Positions 13,043 through 26,299 of a stretch of DNA of 64,000 nt are shown one piece after another; position 1 is the first letter of the stretch; every line of letters starts with the position of its first letter. The DNA comes from Raja brachyura (lineage: Eukaryota). Below the pieces are notes generated by a model. The model was not told where the DNA came from. It saw nothing but the letters and a program-made list of their open reading frames with translations, and searched no databases. The translations under genes were made by a program, and so were the position numbers. The DNA lies in assembly GCA_963514005.1 (NCBI GenBank), contig OY740787.1, positions 38,254,001 through 38,318,000 of the forward strand, read 5' to 3'.

Positions 13043-13362
13043 TTTAGTTTAGAGATACGTCATGGAAACAGGCCCTTTGCCCCACTGAGTCCATGACAAC
13101 CATCGATCATCCGTTCACGCTAGTTCTACGTTATGCCACTTTCTCGACCCTTCCCTACACGCGAGGCGTTTTATATAGGCCAATTAACCCGCCAACTCAC
13201 ACATCTTTGCGACATGGGAAGAAACTGGAGCACCCGGAGGAAACCCAGGTTGCCACAGAGAGAATGTGAAAACTCCACATAGACAGTACCCAAGGTCAGG
13301 ATCGAATCCGGATCTCTGGTGTGGTGAGGCTGCAGCTCTAGCAGGTGCACCACACTGCCGCT
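13043..13362 (-). mobile_element. tRNA-derived SINE (HE1-like)
   Basis: Homologous to 10533-10838 and 13595-13904. Confidence 0.85.
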
Positions 13363-13594
13363 CTTGTGAGTAAAATTAGTACCACTTTCATTGGGAAAAA
13401 TTGAGTCATTTGTCAGAGGCATCAAAATAATAATGATGGGCTACAAGCAGACTGTCCCAGTGTAAAGACTGAGAATGAATAACTATAGAATTAAAGTTTA
13501 ATAATGAGATCAGTAAAGATTGATCCATGCAGAGGGCTGCATGCTTGCAAAATGCACAGTTTGTGGTTTTAGTGAAAGTGCTGTCAACATTGTT

Positions 13595-13904
13595 GGGGCG
13601 GCACGGTGGCGCAACGGTGCAGTTGCCGCCTTACAGTGCTAGAGACCCAGGTTCAATCCTGACTATGGGTGCTGCCAGCATGGGGTTTGTATGTTCTCCC
13701 CGTGACCGCGTGGGTTTTCTCAGAGACCATCGGTTTCCTCCAACACTCCAAAGATGTACAGGTTTGTAGATTAATTGGCTTGGTATAAATGAAAAATGTC
13801 CCTACTGTGTGTATGATAGCGTCAATGTGTGAGGATTGCTGGTCTACGCGGACTCCGTGGGCCGAAGGGTCTGTTTCCTCACTGTATTTCTAAACTAAAC
13901 TAAA
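13595..13904 (+). mobile_element. tRNA-derived SINE (HE1-like), full length
   Basis: A-box-like tggcgcaacgg, B-box-like ggttcaatcc, CR1-like 3' end gggccgaagggtctgtttc and (ctaaa)n tail. Confidence 0.88.
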
Positions 13905-14227
13905 TATTAACAATAGGACAGCTTGTGGGGAAAAGGAACTGTGATTTGAGAACAGTGTGGGTATATGGATAAGGACACTGCTTGTGTAGAGGATGAACAG
14001 TATTACAGATGATCTAGGCAGAACATGCAACTTGTACGTTGTCGATTATATATAATTTGTAATTACTAAAGTTCTCCATCTCCTTTTACATTTAAGTACT
14101 TTAACTTAATGGTCATGTTACTGTCCTACCAAAAGGTAATTAAATCCTCGCAAATGCATTGACTCCCTCTTTATTGAACTCATGCTTACATCCAGGTTCA
14201 TGGTAATTACCTTGCTTTGCCCCCGAA

Positions 14228-14575
14228 TGAGAGGTCATGGGGTTAAGCGTGACTCCAGAGACTTGAACACATCATTGAGGCTACTATTTCAATGCACTAC
14301 TGACAGACAGCCACACAGCCAGAGGTACCACAACACTGTCCCTAGTCACACTGCATCAAAGATACAGTGAAAAAAGATCCACAAGACTCTGAGTTTCTTC
14401 AGTAACATTTATTCCTTAATCAACTCACTAAACCAGACTGTCGAGTCATTAATCACATTGCAATCTGTGAGAGCTTGCTATGCCTAATTTGGCTGCTGCG
14501 GGTTTTTATATCACAATGACGGGCACATTTTGAAAGCGCTTTCCTGGCTGTGTAGTGCAAATATCAGTTTCTATT
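14228..14575 (+). mobile_element. Ancient Deu-domain SINE remnant (DeuSINE/SacSINE1-like)
   Basis: gtcattaatcacattgcaatctgtgagagcttgctatgcctaatttggctgctgcg...aaagcgcttt resembles the 3' part of Deu-SINEs as I recall them. Confidence 0.55.
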
Positions 14576-14764
14576 TCCTGTGAATCAAATCACATTTATT
14601 CTGTCTACATTGTGCTCCTGAGGAATTGTGCATGAATACTCCCTTGATATCTGCAGTAATTGTCCTTGTAATAATGTTGACAAAGTACCAAGGTGATGGT
14701 GTTATGCAGTATCAGTCTAATTCAGAAGGATGGTGGGGGGGTTGGGGGGGGGGGGGGTGTATGA

Positions 14765-14980
14765 ATTTCAGTTTAGTTCAGTTCAACTTCAGTTCAGTTT
14801 TAGTTTATTGTCAAGTGTACTGAGGTACAGTGAAAATCAGCGGAAAGACAATACAAGATGGCAATTGAGCCAGTCACAGTATACAGATACATGATAAGGG
14901 AATAACGTTTAGTGCAAGTAAAGCCAGTAAAGTCCGATCAAAGATAATTCGAAGGTCACCAAAGAGGTATCATAGTTAAA
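14765..14980 (-). mobile_element. Rex1/Babar-like 3' UTR fragment
   Basis: tagtttattgtcaagtgtactgaggtacagtgaaaa...gataagggaataacgtttagtgcaag is homologous to 8595-8790. Confidence 0.7.
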
Positions 14981-15050
14981 ATAAGAAATGTTTTTGTAGT
15001 AGTAGAGATTTAAAAGTACGCAGTGATTGTAATGTGAGATTGCAGATCTG

Positions 15051-15268
15051 TGGCCAGTCATGGTGGCGCAGCGGTAGAGTTGCGTCTTACAGCAAAATGC
15101 AGAGCCAGAGACCTGGGTTCAATCCCAACTACGGGCGCAGTCTGTACGGAGTTTGTACATTCCCCCCGTGACTTGCGTTGGGTTTCTCAAAGATATTCGT
15201 TTTCCTCCCACATCCCAAAGATGTACAAGTTTGTAGGTTAATTGTCTTGATAAATGTAAAGTCCCTGG
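15051..15268 (+). mobile_element. tRNA-derived SINE (HE1-like), 3'-truncated
   Basis: tggtggcgcagcggtagagttg...gggttcaatccc head; homologous to the 13595 copy. Confidence 0.8.
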
Positions 15269-15676
15269 TGGACTCTTTGGAACGAATTACCACGAGGTAC
15301 TAGGTACAAGCACACAAATAGCTGCCTGGGTTGGGCACATCTCACCTTTCCCTTTGCTTGGGTTTGAGTGGTGTAGGGAGAGTGGGAGTGTGAGAAACAG
15401 GTCTAAACTGATGATATAAACTAACACGCTTCTTCAGCTTTACAAGTTTATGTTCAGATGCTTGTTCTTTGACACTGTGACTCCCATAAATGGCATGACA
15501 GACTTCATTTGGTGAAGGCAAATGCGGAGAGAGTCACATCTCCTGAGAAACCTGGCACCCTGACAAGGGGGCTTCCTGTGTTTTTCATTCTTATGAGTGC
15601 AAAATAATGCCTGGTGCAACTGTAACATTTTTGCCTTCTGGAAACAGAGATGACAACTTTCCACATCTGGTTAGAG

Positions 15677-16195
15677 CAGCGTTCCGCAACCTTTTTGCCC
15701 TTGCGGAACCCTTGAAATAATTTTCATGTCTCAGGGAACCCCTACATAAAAAATATTATATATCTTTATTAATCTCTTTCTTTTTCTTTTATAAACAAAG
15801 TTCAATAGGCAAACATAATGTATTTGTCTGGAAACACAGACAGGACTGATGGAGGCCGTGCGTGCGTCGGTACACGAGTGAGTCATTTGATGATACACAA
15901 ATCCGTCATTTTCAGCTCCTGTCCACTAACCACAAAAGGCGCCGTATAGAAGTTCCTAAATATATTCCCTATGATTATTATAATTTTAAATGATATAACA
16001 GGTTGAAGATTTTATTATAACCCCAAGAATATGCCAACATGTATAATAAAATTAAGAATATAAAATTAAACACAAAAATTACCAAAAACAAAATGCATTT
16101 ACATATGATTAGCCTATTTATCACTATTTCTCTTGGAACCCCTAGCGACCTCGCGGAACCCTAGCGTGCCAGGGAACCCCGGTTCAGAAACACTG
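15677..16195. mobile_element. hAT-Charlie-type MITE
   Basis: Ends cagcgttccgcaacc / ggttcagaaacactg; perfect 8-bp TSD GGTTAGAG (15669-15676, 16196-16203); repeated subterminal ggaaccc motifs. Confidence 0.85.
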
Positions 16196-16849
16196 GGTTA
16201 GAGTGGAAGGCTGGACTTGCTGCTGGCAAGACATCAACTGATCTCATTAAATGAGGGGAATGAATGAAATTAAACATGTCATGTTATGGCCAAGGGGTTA
16301 GTCCAGCAGCAGACTCCACTTTCAGAATCTGATTATTACCGCTCACTGACACAGGTCTCGCTCTCTTGGGGTCATCGAGAATGGTGAGTTGTTTCAAACT
16401 GCAATGATTGTTACTTTTTACAAGTGAATACCTGGAAACTCAAGACACTATTGATAGCACTGTCTGTCCTGGGAATCTAAGCCTGGCGTTTCTAATCAAT
16501 TAGAGTGAAAGGAGTAAACCATGGCAAAACCTACATAAAAACTGAGAGGATATTCGGCAAAGCAGGCATCATCCGTGGAGTGAGGATCAGTTATCATTCC
16601 TAGTTAATACCTATAATCACAACTGAGAACATTGGAATTCAAACACAGTGTAAACTGCAGAAATGTTGCAAGGTCCATTTCTGTGAAAGGATGGAGAACC
16701 TTTCACGTGACACAAGTGGTGGGGATACTCAGTACATCCATTGCTGGCTCCATCCACCACATCCTTTCTTTCAGCAGCATGCACATACTTTAGTACCTCG
16801 GTCGCCTGTACTGATTGTTGCCGGGGTGACGTTTGACTCTGGGCAGAGG

Positions 16850-17125
16850 CGTTGCCACTGATCTGAGTGTATGTGAGTACATTTTCCACTCCAGATCACT
16901 GAACGCTGGAATCTAGTTTTGGATGAGGAGCAACATTCTGCTGGATAATGAGAAGTGATGTTAACTGAGTCCTGGTGTCTGCCTCTGATGGACATGGAAA
17001 TCTATTACTATTTGAAAGGAAGGCCACTTGAGTTATCCCAAGCTGTATCCATTGTGAAAAGTTACAACAAGCAGATTTTTATTACAGCAATTTTTGTGAG
17101 AGATTTTTTGTGTGCACGGGACATG
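16850..17125 (+). mobile_element. Highly degenerate Deu-type SINE remnant
   Basis: Weak similarity to 14228-14575 (ccactccaga...; tttgtgagagattttttgtgtgcac). Confidence 0.35.
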
Positions 17126-18754
17126 TAGAACCACTGTGATTTATTTGGTGGAGGGTTTCGACACAAGGTTCATACTTCAGGAATGAGATCAACCAGATTC
17201 ATTCAACCGATAGCACATTGAATTTGGCAATCGGCATGCAAATGTCTCACAGATTCAAAATATCAATTGTTTAAGGAAATGAGCTCCCTAGAGCTTAAAT
17301 AGATGTAATGTTCCCCTGGGAGTCAGCTACATCCTTCCAAATCACATTTGATTTCAAGTAATTTAATCCTGTAGTTACTCACTGCAACCAGTTTGTTCTG
17401 GTTTCAAAAGGAATCAGCGGCAGACAGTCATATTAAGAGTCCGATTTGTTCCAAGTGGCTGCATTATTCCATTGGCAGGTTCAGAGAGCATGAACGGTGA
17501 CTGAAGAGCCCTGTTACAGCTCTACCATCAGACTCTCAATGGCAAGGCATTAGCACCGATGGAGTGATCCTTCCGAAGCAATTTGTGATTTGCAGTCGCT
17601 TGTCATTAAAACCTCAGAAAGCAGACGTCTCATTACAGACACAATCAATGCTGATTATTCCATTAAAATATTCACTCTAACAAGCCCCACCACTCACCGT
17701 GGGTTTCAAATACGACTTTACTAGCTGTGTCAGCTGAATGGCATCATTTGACATCTGCTCTACTGTAATGTATGACAAATCTGGAGAAGTGCGTTTTGAA
17801 ACATTAGGCAGTTCAAGACCCACACTCTTCATCGTGCATATGCTGATGTTGTTAGCAACGGACAAAACTCTACTGTTGCCACGGGGAGTATATTCTGCCT
17901 TCAATCAATAAACCAGCAAGAAGTGTCTTCAAGGTGCTTACGTAATGGCAGCTTCAGGGGAGGCTGTATTTTTAAGCCCTGTATCTCAGTGTAAAATATG
18001 TTTAAGATTCCCCTGTGTTGTTGGCCGTCAACCACTTGCACATTCTGCGCTCTGCAGAGCTGAATTTCTGACGCCTCTCAGCCTGTGGTGTGGTAGACGG
18101 ACATGCTCACGGTGAACCAATCAGTCACGTTGTCATAAAATTTGTCTGGGAAATAGAGTTTAATCCTCTGTGAGATACCGACCATTCAGCAATGTAATTA
18201 TTCAACTGTGCATAATTTATTCTACTGCATTTATTGTGCATGAAGACAAATAACAAAATATTTGCTGGTCTTTCATTCGTACCATAATTTCTTCTGTCAC
18301 CAAATCTATGGTCCATATTTTTATCACTCCCTTTTTCCTCCTTCTCCTCCAGCAGTTGCTCAGGATTGACAATGACTTGCTACCACGCTCATATTGCAGG
18401 TTCCAAGATGGCTGATGACACTCAGGTAGTCTTCTGCAGGTGGGTAGATAGTCCCTGACTGAAACCGAAGGATCGTTCCTGGTTCAATGGGGAGGGAATA
18501 TTGGGAGATGCCCAATACCTCAAGACGAAAAGCAATGATGAGACTAAAAGGATGAAGGACAATGATGGAGGCTGAGCTAGGTTCAGCCAGTAAGTAATAT
18601 GCTCCTGATTATGTGTTATTCCATTACGATTATGTATAAATTATTTTATTCCTTAGTTTTCATAGGAAATAAAAATTATTTTATGCATAATGGAACTGAT
18701 TCCCCATAAATTCCAGACTTCTATTCCAGCAATTATAGAGAAAACTATTTGATA

Positions 18755-19935
18755 TCAGAAAACATGTAGCAGCACAGCACAGGAATAGACCCTTCAGCCC
18801 ACAATGTCTGTGCTGAACATGATGCCAAGTTAAACTAATCTCCTTTGCCTGCACGTGATCTATATCCCTCCATTGCTTGCATATCCATGTGCCTAAAAAG
18901 CTCTAAAATGCTACTATATCTGCCTTCATCACCACTTTTCACAACACATTCCAGACACCCACCATTCTCTGTGCAAAAAAAATGCCCAGCACATGTGCTT
19001 TAAACTTTTCTGTCCTAACATAAAGCTATGCCCTCTAGTGTTTAATATGTTAGCTTTCATAGCAAAAGGATTTGAGTATAGGAGCAGGGAGGTTCTACTT
19101 CAGTTGTATAGGGTCTTGGTGAGGCCACACCTGGAGTATTGCGTACAGTTCTGGTCTCCAAATCTGAGGAAGGACATTATTGCCATAGAGGGAGTGCAGC
19201 GAAGGTTCACCAGACTGATTCCTGGGATGTCAGGACTGTCTTATGAACAAAGACTGCATAGACTCGGTTTATACTCTCTAGAATTTAGGAGATTGAGAGG
19301 GGATCTTATAGAAACTTACAAGATTCTTAACGGGTTGGACAGGCTAGATGCAGGAAGATTGTTCCCGATGTTGGGGACGTCCAGGACAAGGGGTCACAGC
19401 TTAAGGATAAGGGGGAAATCCTTTAGGACCGAGATGAGAAGGAATTTTTTCACACAGAGAGTGGTGGGTCTCTGGAATTCTCTGCCACTGAGGGTAGTTG
19501 AGGCCAGTTCATTGGATATATTTAAGAGGGAGTTAGATGTGGCCCTTGTGGCTAAGGGGATCAGAGGGTATGGAGAGAAGGCAGGTACGGGATACTGAGT
19601 TGGATGATCAGCCATGATCATATTGAATGGCGGTGCAGGCTCGAAGGGCCGAATGGCCTATTCCTGCACCTAATTTCTATGTTTCTATGTTTCTATATTT
19701 CCACCCTATCTATGCCATTCATAATTTTATATACTTCTATCTGGTCTCTGCTCAACCTCCAATGCTCCAGAGGAAACAATCCATATTTGTTCATCTTTCC
19801 TAATAGCTAATACCATGTAATCCAGGCAGCATTCCGGTAAGCCGAATTTGCCCCCTCTTCAAAGCCTCCACATCATTCCTATATTCGGACAACCAGAACT
19901 GCACGTTGTACTCCAAATGTGGCCTGACCAAAGTC
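18755..19935 (-). mobile_element. Older CR1 3' fragment, interrupted by a younger CR1 at 19043-19695
   Basis: Minus strand encodes LVRPHLEYNVQFW...RNDVEALKRGQIRLTGMLPGL; tail at ~18760. Confidence 0.75.
19043..19695 (+). mobile_element. Young 5'-truncated CR1 with intact ORF2 C-terminus
   Basis: ORF 18993-19598 contains MLAFIAKGFEYRSREVLLQLYRVLVRPHLEYCVQFWSP...GYGEKAGTGY*; same family as the full-length copy; (tttctatg)n tail. Confidence 0.93.
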
Positions 19936-19947
19936 ACAATTATTTTA

Positions 19948-20102
19948 TAGGCAATAGACAATAGACAATAGGTGCAGGAGTAGGCCATTCGGCCCTTCAA
20001 GACAGCACCGCCATTCAATGTGATCATGGCTGATCATCCCCAATCAGTACCCCATTCCTGCCTTCTCTCCATATCCCCTGACACCGCTATCTTTAAGAGC
20101 TG
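19948..20102 (-). mobile_element. CR1 3' tail
   Basis: (caataga)n followed by the reverse complement of the CR1 tail. Confidence 0.8.
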
Positions 20103-21054
20103 ACTCTTATACTCAATACCTGATTCTTTTCTGACTCTTATACTCAATACCTCCGACCAATGCAGTCAAGCATGCCATAAGCCTTATTTACAACTCTCTC
20201 TGGACTGCACAATGATTGGGAGTTTCTCCCTGCTGCGGCTTTCTCCCATCTTATCAGCTGTTGTGGTGCTCCACCTACTGGCCAGCCACTATTCTCCTCC
20301 GCCTGTTTCACCTTTTGTGCAAAGTACTATTGATACAGAGTCATTATATATCATAACAAGTACTTTAATTAGAATACATACAGAGACCATCAAAATGAGT
20401 ACTGTAGGCACGGAGTCATAAGTTGAACTAACTAACATGACTGCCCGCATGCCACGAGGTGGTAGTGTGGAAACCTGACGTGGATTATGAATCAGGTCGG
20501 ATGCAGCAAAACCAGACATGGAACTAATCAGCAATACTGTTAATTTGTCTACACTGAGGTATTTTTCTTGGGCCACTCTTTGTCAGGAAACTACCCCTCG
20601 ACCTGCCCACAATGAGAGACCCTGCCAGAAACAGCTCCAGACTGATTAGCTTTTGGTATCTTAGGGACAGCCATGCTTCTCCACACAAAGTGGAGATCCT
20701 TGGAGAATCACCCCCAGATACACATTAATCTTTGATTCTTCAAGTGCTCCAGCCTTTCATAAACCACCAAGCTCTTCCTTTAGATTTAAGTCTGTATCCC
20801 GTTTCTAAATACCCATTATCTGTTTGTAAACAATGTGATTCTCTTGAGCAGTCCCACATTTGCTGACCTGCATACCTGAACTGATAGATTTTGAGACATG
20901 ACACCTATCAATGGGCCTGTTTGTGAATAGGCAGAAAATGCCAAAGAGATCAGAGCGATATTGTAACATGGTAGGTTCTCTATGAAAGTACCCTGATGTT
21001 CAAATGAGTAGAAGATGCACTGTAAACAACCCTGGGCGATTTCCAAAAAGTTAA

Positions 21055-21705
21055 TTTGCAAGTCGAATCTGTAGCAAGGAAGGCAAATGCAATGCTAGCA
21101 TTTATTTTGAGAGAATTAGAGTATAAAAACAGTGATGTAATGCTGAGACTTTGTAAGGCACTGGTCAGACTGCATTTGGATTATTGTCAATAGTTTTGGA
21201 CCCCATGGATGGATGTGCCTACATTGGAGAAGGTCCAGAGGACATTCACGAGAATGATCCCAGGAATTAGTGGGTTAACATATTATGATTATTCAACAGC
21301 ACTGTGACTGTACTCGCTGGAGTTTGGAAGGATGAGGGGGTGACCTCATTGAAACTTTCCGAATAGTGAAAGGCCTGGGTAGAATGTATGTGGAGAGGAT
21401 GTTTCCACTAGTGTGAGAGTCTAGGACCGGAGGCCAAAACTCAGAATAAAAGCAGGTACCTTAAGAAAGGAGATGGGGAGGAATTTATTTAGAGTGTGGT
21501 GAATCTGAAGAATTCATTGCCAAGCACAGCTTTGGAGGCCAAGTCAATGGCTATTTTTAAGGTGGCAATTGATAGATTCTTGATTAGTAAGGGTGTCAGG
21601 GGAGAAGGTATGACAATGGGGTTGAGAGGGAAAGATAGATAGCCATGATTGATCAGATTTGATGGGCCGAATGGCCTAATTCTGCTCATCACTTTTGAAC
21701 ATGAG
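21055..21705 (+). mobile_element. Degenerate CR1 ORF2 3' region and tail
   Basis: aaggcaaatgcaatgctagcattt...ctggtcagactgcatttggattattg...gggccgaatggcctaattctgctc. Confidence 0.8.
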
Positions 21706-22272
21706 CATTCCTTGTAACTCCATCGAATGCTGCCATTTACAAATGAAGTGCAGAAGTCTGCTTTGCCTGATTTCAGCATCATGTGGCCATCTTACACAAT
21801 CAAAGCATTTCCAAGAAACCGTCTTTAAGGTTTGGGTAGAATTCCTGGTGTAATATAAATTACAGTTGCTTTCCATAATTCTCAAAAGTTGCTGTTTTAA
21901 CTCTTCAGTAACCATGGTTACTATCTGTGGATATGCTGACTAATGTACATTTTGCTCTAAAGCATGCCACAAGCACGTCCTGTTTGCCTCAACCCTGGGT
22001 TACTCACTATATTTCTATTTTCCCAGTTGAAGAGGTTCTTTTTTGGTTGACAAATTGTGAACATTAGCTTATTGAGAAGACAGAAGTGCTACCATTTTAC
22101 CATAAATCAGAGTGTCCAACAGTAACTGAGTCATTGTTCTTCCTTGCTTGGGCCACTATCAATTTTATAAATTAGCAGATGAATGCTTCTCTCCCTTGGA
22201 AGACACTTCTCTCTTCAGGTGGCTCACCAAATGCCACCAGCTGTTCCTCTGTTCCTCTCTGTTGGAAGGTTA

Positions 22273-22749
22273 AGGGCCTGTCCCACTTGGGTGTCATTGG
22301 TGCCTCATTTACGCGTCATATGTAAAATAGGTCGACGTGTCGTTACGCGCAATGTCACGCGCAAATCACGCATCATCATGCCGCCTGGTGTGCGTGACAT
22401 CATTAGAATACCATGCGGCGCGCGGCGACGCATGGTGACGTAACCATGCGTCACCACGGGATACACATGAGACGTCGGGATGCCAGCATGCGACGCCAAT
22501 GCGACAGCGTGCGTACCCAATGTGTCAGCGTGCGTATGGGATATGTCACGGAGGTGGTGCATGAGGATTTCGTGCAACACGAAATCCTGGAGCACCGCAC
22601 GATACCGCGTGCAATTACACACTCCTCCATGCCTCTCCATGCACCCGTCCCGCGCTACCCATACACTACCCGTGCGTCACAACGTGACAACCACATTTTT
22701 GGAGGTTGCGTAAATGGCACGCAAATGACGGCCAAGTGGAACAGGCCCT
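22273..22749. mobile_element. PIF/Harbinger MITE, family B
   Basis: TIR AGGGCCTGT(C/T)CCACTTGG; TTA TSD (22270-22272, 22750-22752); CpG-rich interior unrelated to family A. Confidence 0.88.
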
Positions 22750-23425
22750 TTAAGTACTGATGTGTCTTTTGGGGAACTCAGTGCTCCTAACCAGTTGTCA
22801 TTCTTAGAGTAACCCCAAACTCTGTTATAGCTCAACTCTGTAAATTAGTAAGATTAAACGAGAACTTACCTGTTCGAAGTTTGATCTTTATTTTATGAGG
22901 AGTTACGATGAGGGATTACGTGAAGAAGCCCCGCCTGGTGCTTGATCAGCATACTTCAAAGCAGCGGCATGAAAAACACAGAACCAATAGCCGGAGTAAT
23001 ATAGTAAGGCTCAACATAGACTAGAACTACCAGATGAACATTTATATTATGAGGGCTGGGAGCGGAGGGAATGTAATCCCTCATCGTAACTCCTCATAAA
23101 ATAAAGATCAAACTTCGAACAGGTAAGTTCTCGTTTAATCCTACTATTTTACTTCGGAATCACGTGAGTGACTACGTGAAGATTTTAAAGCTCTGTTTTT
23201 TATGTCGTAGATTCATTCCATACGACACTCTGTTTAGTCAATACAGTAGTGAGTAAATAATATTTTTTTAAACATTGTTTCAATTTATGTAATAAGTCTT
23301 TTAATCATAAAAAGAACATTTTTTAAAATAATAACCCCTGTATCCCAGGGGAAAAAATTTACAACAAAAGTGATAATGATATTAATTTTATAACATAAAT
23401 CGATAATATAAAACAAAGCAAGCAT

Positions 23426-24335
23426 TTAAAGCGAACCCAACACTGCATGTCCAAATCCTGGCACCGTGACAACAGGTTTATCGTAGAACTTTGGAAAAGT
23501 TTCTTCTTTACACCACCCTGCGGCCTCTAAAATTTGATCGAGTGGTATGTCCTGTACCTTCGCCGTGGACGCAGCTGCAGCCCTAGTGGAGTGATACTTA
23601 AACACATCAGTGTCCACTCCTGCTAAATCCAAAACCTGTTCTAACCATCTAGAAATGGTTTGAACTGCAACTTTTGTATGTGGTTTTTTGTGCGTTATCA
23701 GTAACGCTGTCTCAGCACCTCGGAGATTTTTGGTTACGTCAATATATTTAGTTAAATGCTTAACTACACACAATGTTTCATCGACAGGGTTTCCTATAAA
23801 CATTACCTGGGGTCTAGTTTTTCCTAGTCTGCTTTGTTTGATCAGATCATAAACATAAAACACAATGTTACCTGAAGCCACATGCATGCAATCTAACCGT
23901 AACAATTGCAAAGTTTGAGCAGCTCTTTGAGCTGAAACTAATGCCATTACATTACTACCTTGAATGTTAACCTTTGCAAAGACATTGAAGTAATTGGAGT
24001 CCATTGCCTAAGCAAAGTGAGAACAATGCTAACATCCCAAATTTCTGTATCTCTGGGCTTGGGAGGATTTTTATTAAAAATTCCTTTCATGAACCGGGAT
24101 ATTAATGGGTGAAACCCAATTGAATCTCGATCAGAAATTTGTCCTAAGTAGGACGACAATGCACTATAACTTAAGTGCTCATCAAAATGCAACCCAGCAA
24201 GGAACTCCAATACATTTGATATGTTCGCAGTATGATAAGATATCTTTGACTGTCTACAGAAGACTTCCCATTTCTTTATATGCGACACATATTGTTTTTA
24301 GTGCTATTTCTCCAAGCTGCAGCTATAACATCCAT
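23426..24335 (-). pseudogene. DIRS tyrosine recombinase (frameshifted)
   Basis: ORFs 23947-24288 and 23426-24004: ...ALVSAQRAQTL..., HSTRAAAAS (HxxR), AAGW, FPKFYDK (catalytic Tyr region). Confidence 0.9.
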
Positions 24336-24374
24336 GGTCCTATCTGACAGTCTAAGCTCTTGCAATGGTCTGGT

Positions 24375-24940
24375 CAGAACCTGCAGATTAACAAATTCAT
24401 ATGATCATGCAATGGATGAATTTATTTTGTTACTGGTTGTATCAACAATCGTTGCAACTAGGAATCGTCATACATGGTTCAATAATCATTTTAAGCATCA
24501 ACGGGAACCATGATTGTGTAGGCCAATTTGGCCCCACCAAAACGCCCTTGGCAGCGTCTTGCGCTATTTTCTTGAGACATTGCCCAATCAGACAGAATGG
24601 GGGAAAGGCATAAAAGAAAGTATTCCCCCAGTGTAGCGAGAAAGCATCCACCGCTACTGCCCCTGGATCGTGTTCTCATGACACGTATTTGGGCAATAGG
24701 TGATTTAATCTAGATGCAAACAGATCAATGTCTGGTACTCCAACCGACTGACAATATTTTTGAAAATTTGTGGATTTAACATCCATTCTGTACTGTCTTT
24801 ACATTTTCGTGATCTTTGGTCTGCCACAATATTGTCTCTCCCTGGAGACAAATAGCTGAAAACCGAATATTCTTACCAATACACCAATGCGACACCTGGT
24901 TAACCAGATGATCACATGATAATGATCTTACTCCACTCAT
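24375..24940 (-). pseudogene. DIRS RNase H end and DNA N6-adenine methyltransferase-like domain (frameshifted)
   Basis: IDLFASRLNH at ~24700-24730 and DAFSLHWGNTFFYAFPPF...PNWPTQSWFP in ORF 24442-24651. Confidence 0.8.
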
Positions 24941-26267
24941 GTGATTGATATATATGCCACAGCTGTGGTATTGTCTACTTGTAATTGGACATGCAAATCC
25001 TTCATAGTAGAACAATAAACTTTTAATCCATAAAATGCTCCCAGTAACTCCAAAGAATTTATACCATATGTTTGGAGCAATAAATCCTCTTGGACAGTCC
25101 ATCTGCCCCCACAGCTGGAATCATTATCCGTAACACCCCATCTGAGAGAACTTGCACCAGTTTGCAAAATCACTGCTGGCTGCTGAACCAAAATGTTTTT
25201 AACAGCTTGTGGAACATTCTCAATCCACCAATGCAATTCTAATAAAGCTTCCTTTGGTAATTGCATGGGCCTATCAAAATGGCCTGCTCGCTCTATAAGC
25301 GCTTGTGTTTTTGCCCTTTTGAGATTTTGGTAATGCTGTGGACCAAATTCTACTGCAGGGAATGCTGCTACTAACTTACCAATAACCTTAGCAACTTCTC
25401 GGATGGAGGGATAAGGTTTGTCAATAAGGCACTGACATACATTTGTAATATCAACAATCTTGTCTATTTGTAAAGTTACTAACATGGTAACTGAATTAAT
25501 CACAAACCCCAAATATTCAACAGTTTGGGATGGCTGTAACTTAGATTTTGTTGGATGAATCAGGAAACCTAGCCTTACAAACAGGCTTGTAGTCACCGAG
25601 ACTGATTTTTCAGCTGACTCCTGATTAGCATTGACAATTAAAATGTCATCTAGATAAGCCATAACGATGTGTTTTTGTGCCCTTAGCAGTGCAAGTGCTG
25701 GTTTCAACAATTAGTGAACAACCTAGTGAACAACCTAGGAGCTGAGCTTAATCCATTAGGTAATGTTTTGTATTACCACAGCTGTCCCATCCAATTAAAT
25801 TTCAATACCTGCGAAAGTGGCGATGAATTTGCACTGAATAATATGCATCCTTCAAATCTATTGTAGCCATGTCACAATCTGTTGAAACCAGCTGCATTGC
25901 AGTGTTGAAGGTATCCATTTTTAAATGTTTATACTGGACAAATGTATTAAAATGTGTGAGGTCTAAAATGATTCTACAACCCCCATTCCCCCTAAAATGA
26001 TTCTATAACCATCTTTATTTGGTCTGGGGAAAATATTTGATACAAATTGTTGTGGATCCTCACTTGATTTCTCGATAACTCCTTTTTTACACCAATTCTT
26101 AACTTCTTTAACAATTTGAATTTTTTCAAATACAGAAAACACCAAATACGATTAGGCTTATTCTGTCCTGATGGATCAATACCTTCTATAAAATCAATGG
26201 TAGATCCTAAGACAGTACCGAATATAACACGGTCAGATGTTATACAGTCCCTTTTAACATAACACAT
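24937..26267 (-). pseudogene. DIRS reverse transcriptase / RNase H (disrupted)
   Basis: FVSNIFPRPNKDGYRIIL, AYLDDILI, VEYLGFVINS, INSLELLG, VDNTTAVAYI motifs; several frameshifts and small duplications. Confidence 0.9.
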
Positions 26268-26299
26268 TTATAGACTACCACCAATCTGAGGTTCATCCA

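Noticed and set aside
13595-13670. tRNA gene
   Set aside because: The A/B-box head continues into a SINE body and tail present in several copies; it is not a stand-alone cloverleaf.
20101-20152. 21-bp direct repeat tgactcttatactcaatacct
   Set aside because: Small local duplication beside a CR1 junction; nothing suggests function.
24442-24730. Bacterial restriction-modification or phage integrase module (contamination or horizontal transfer)
   Set aside because: The methyltransferase-like and tyrosine recombinase domains are standard DIRS1 components and lie within DIRS termini.
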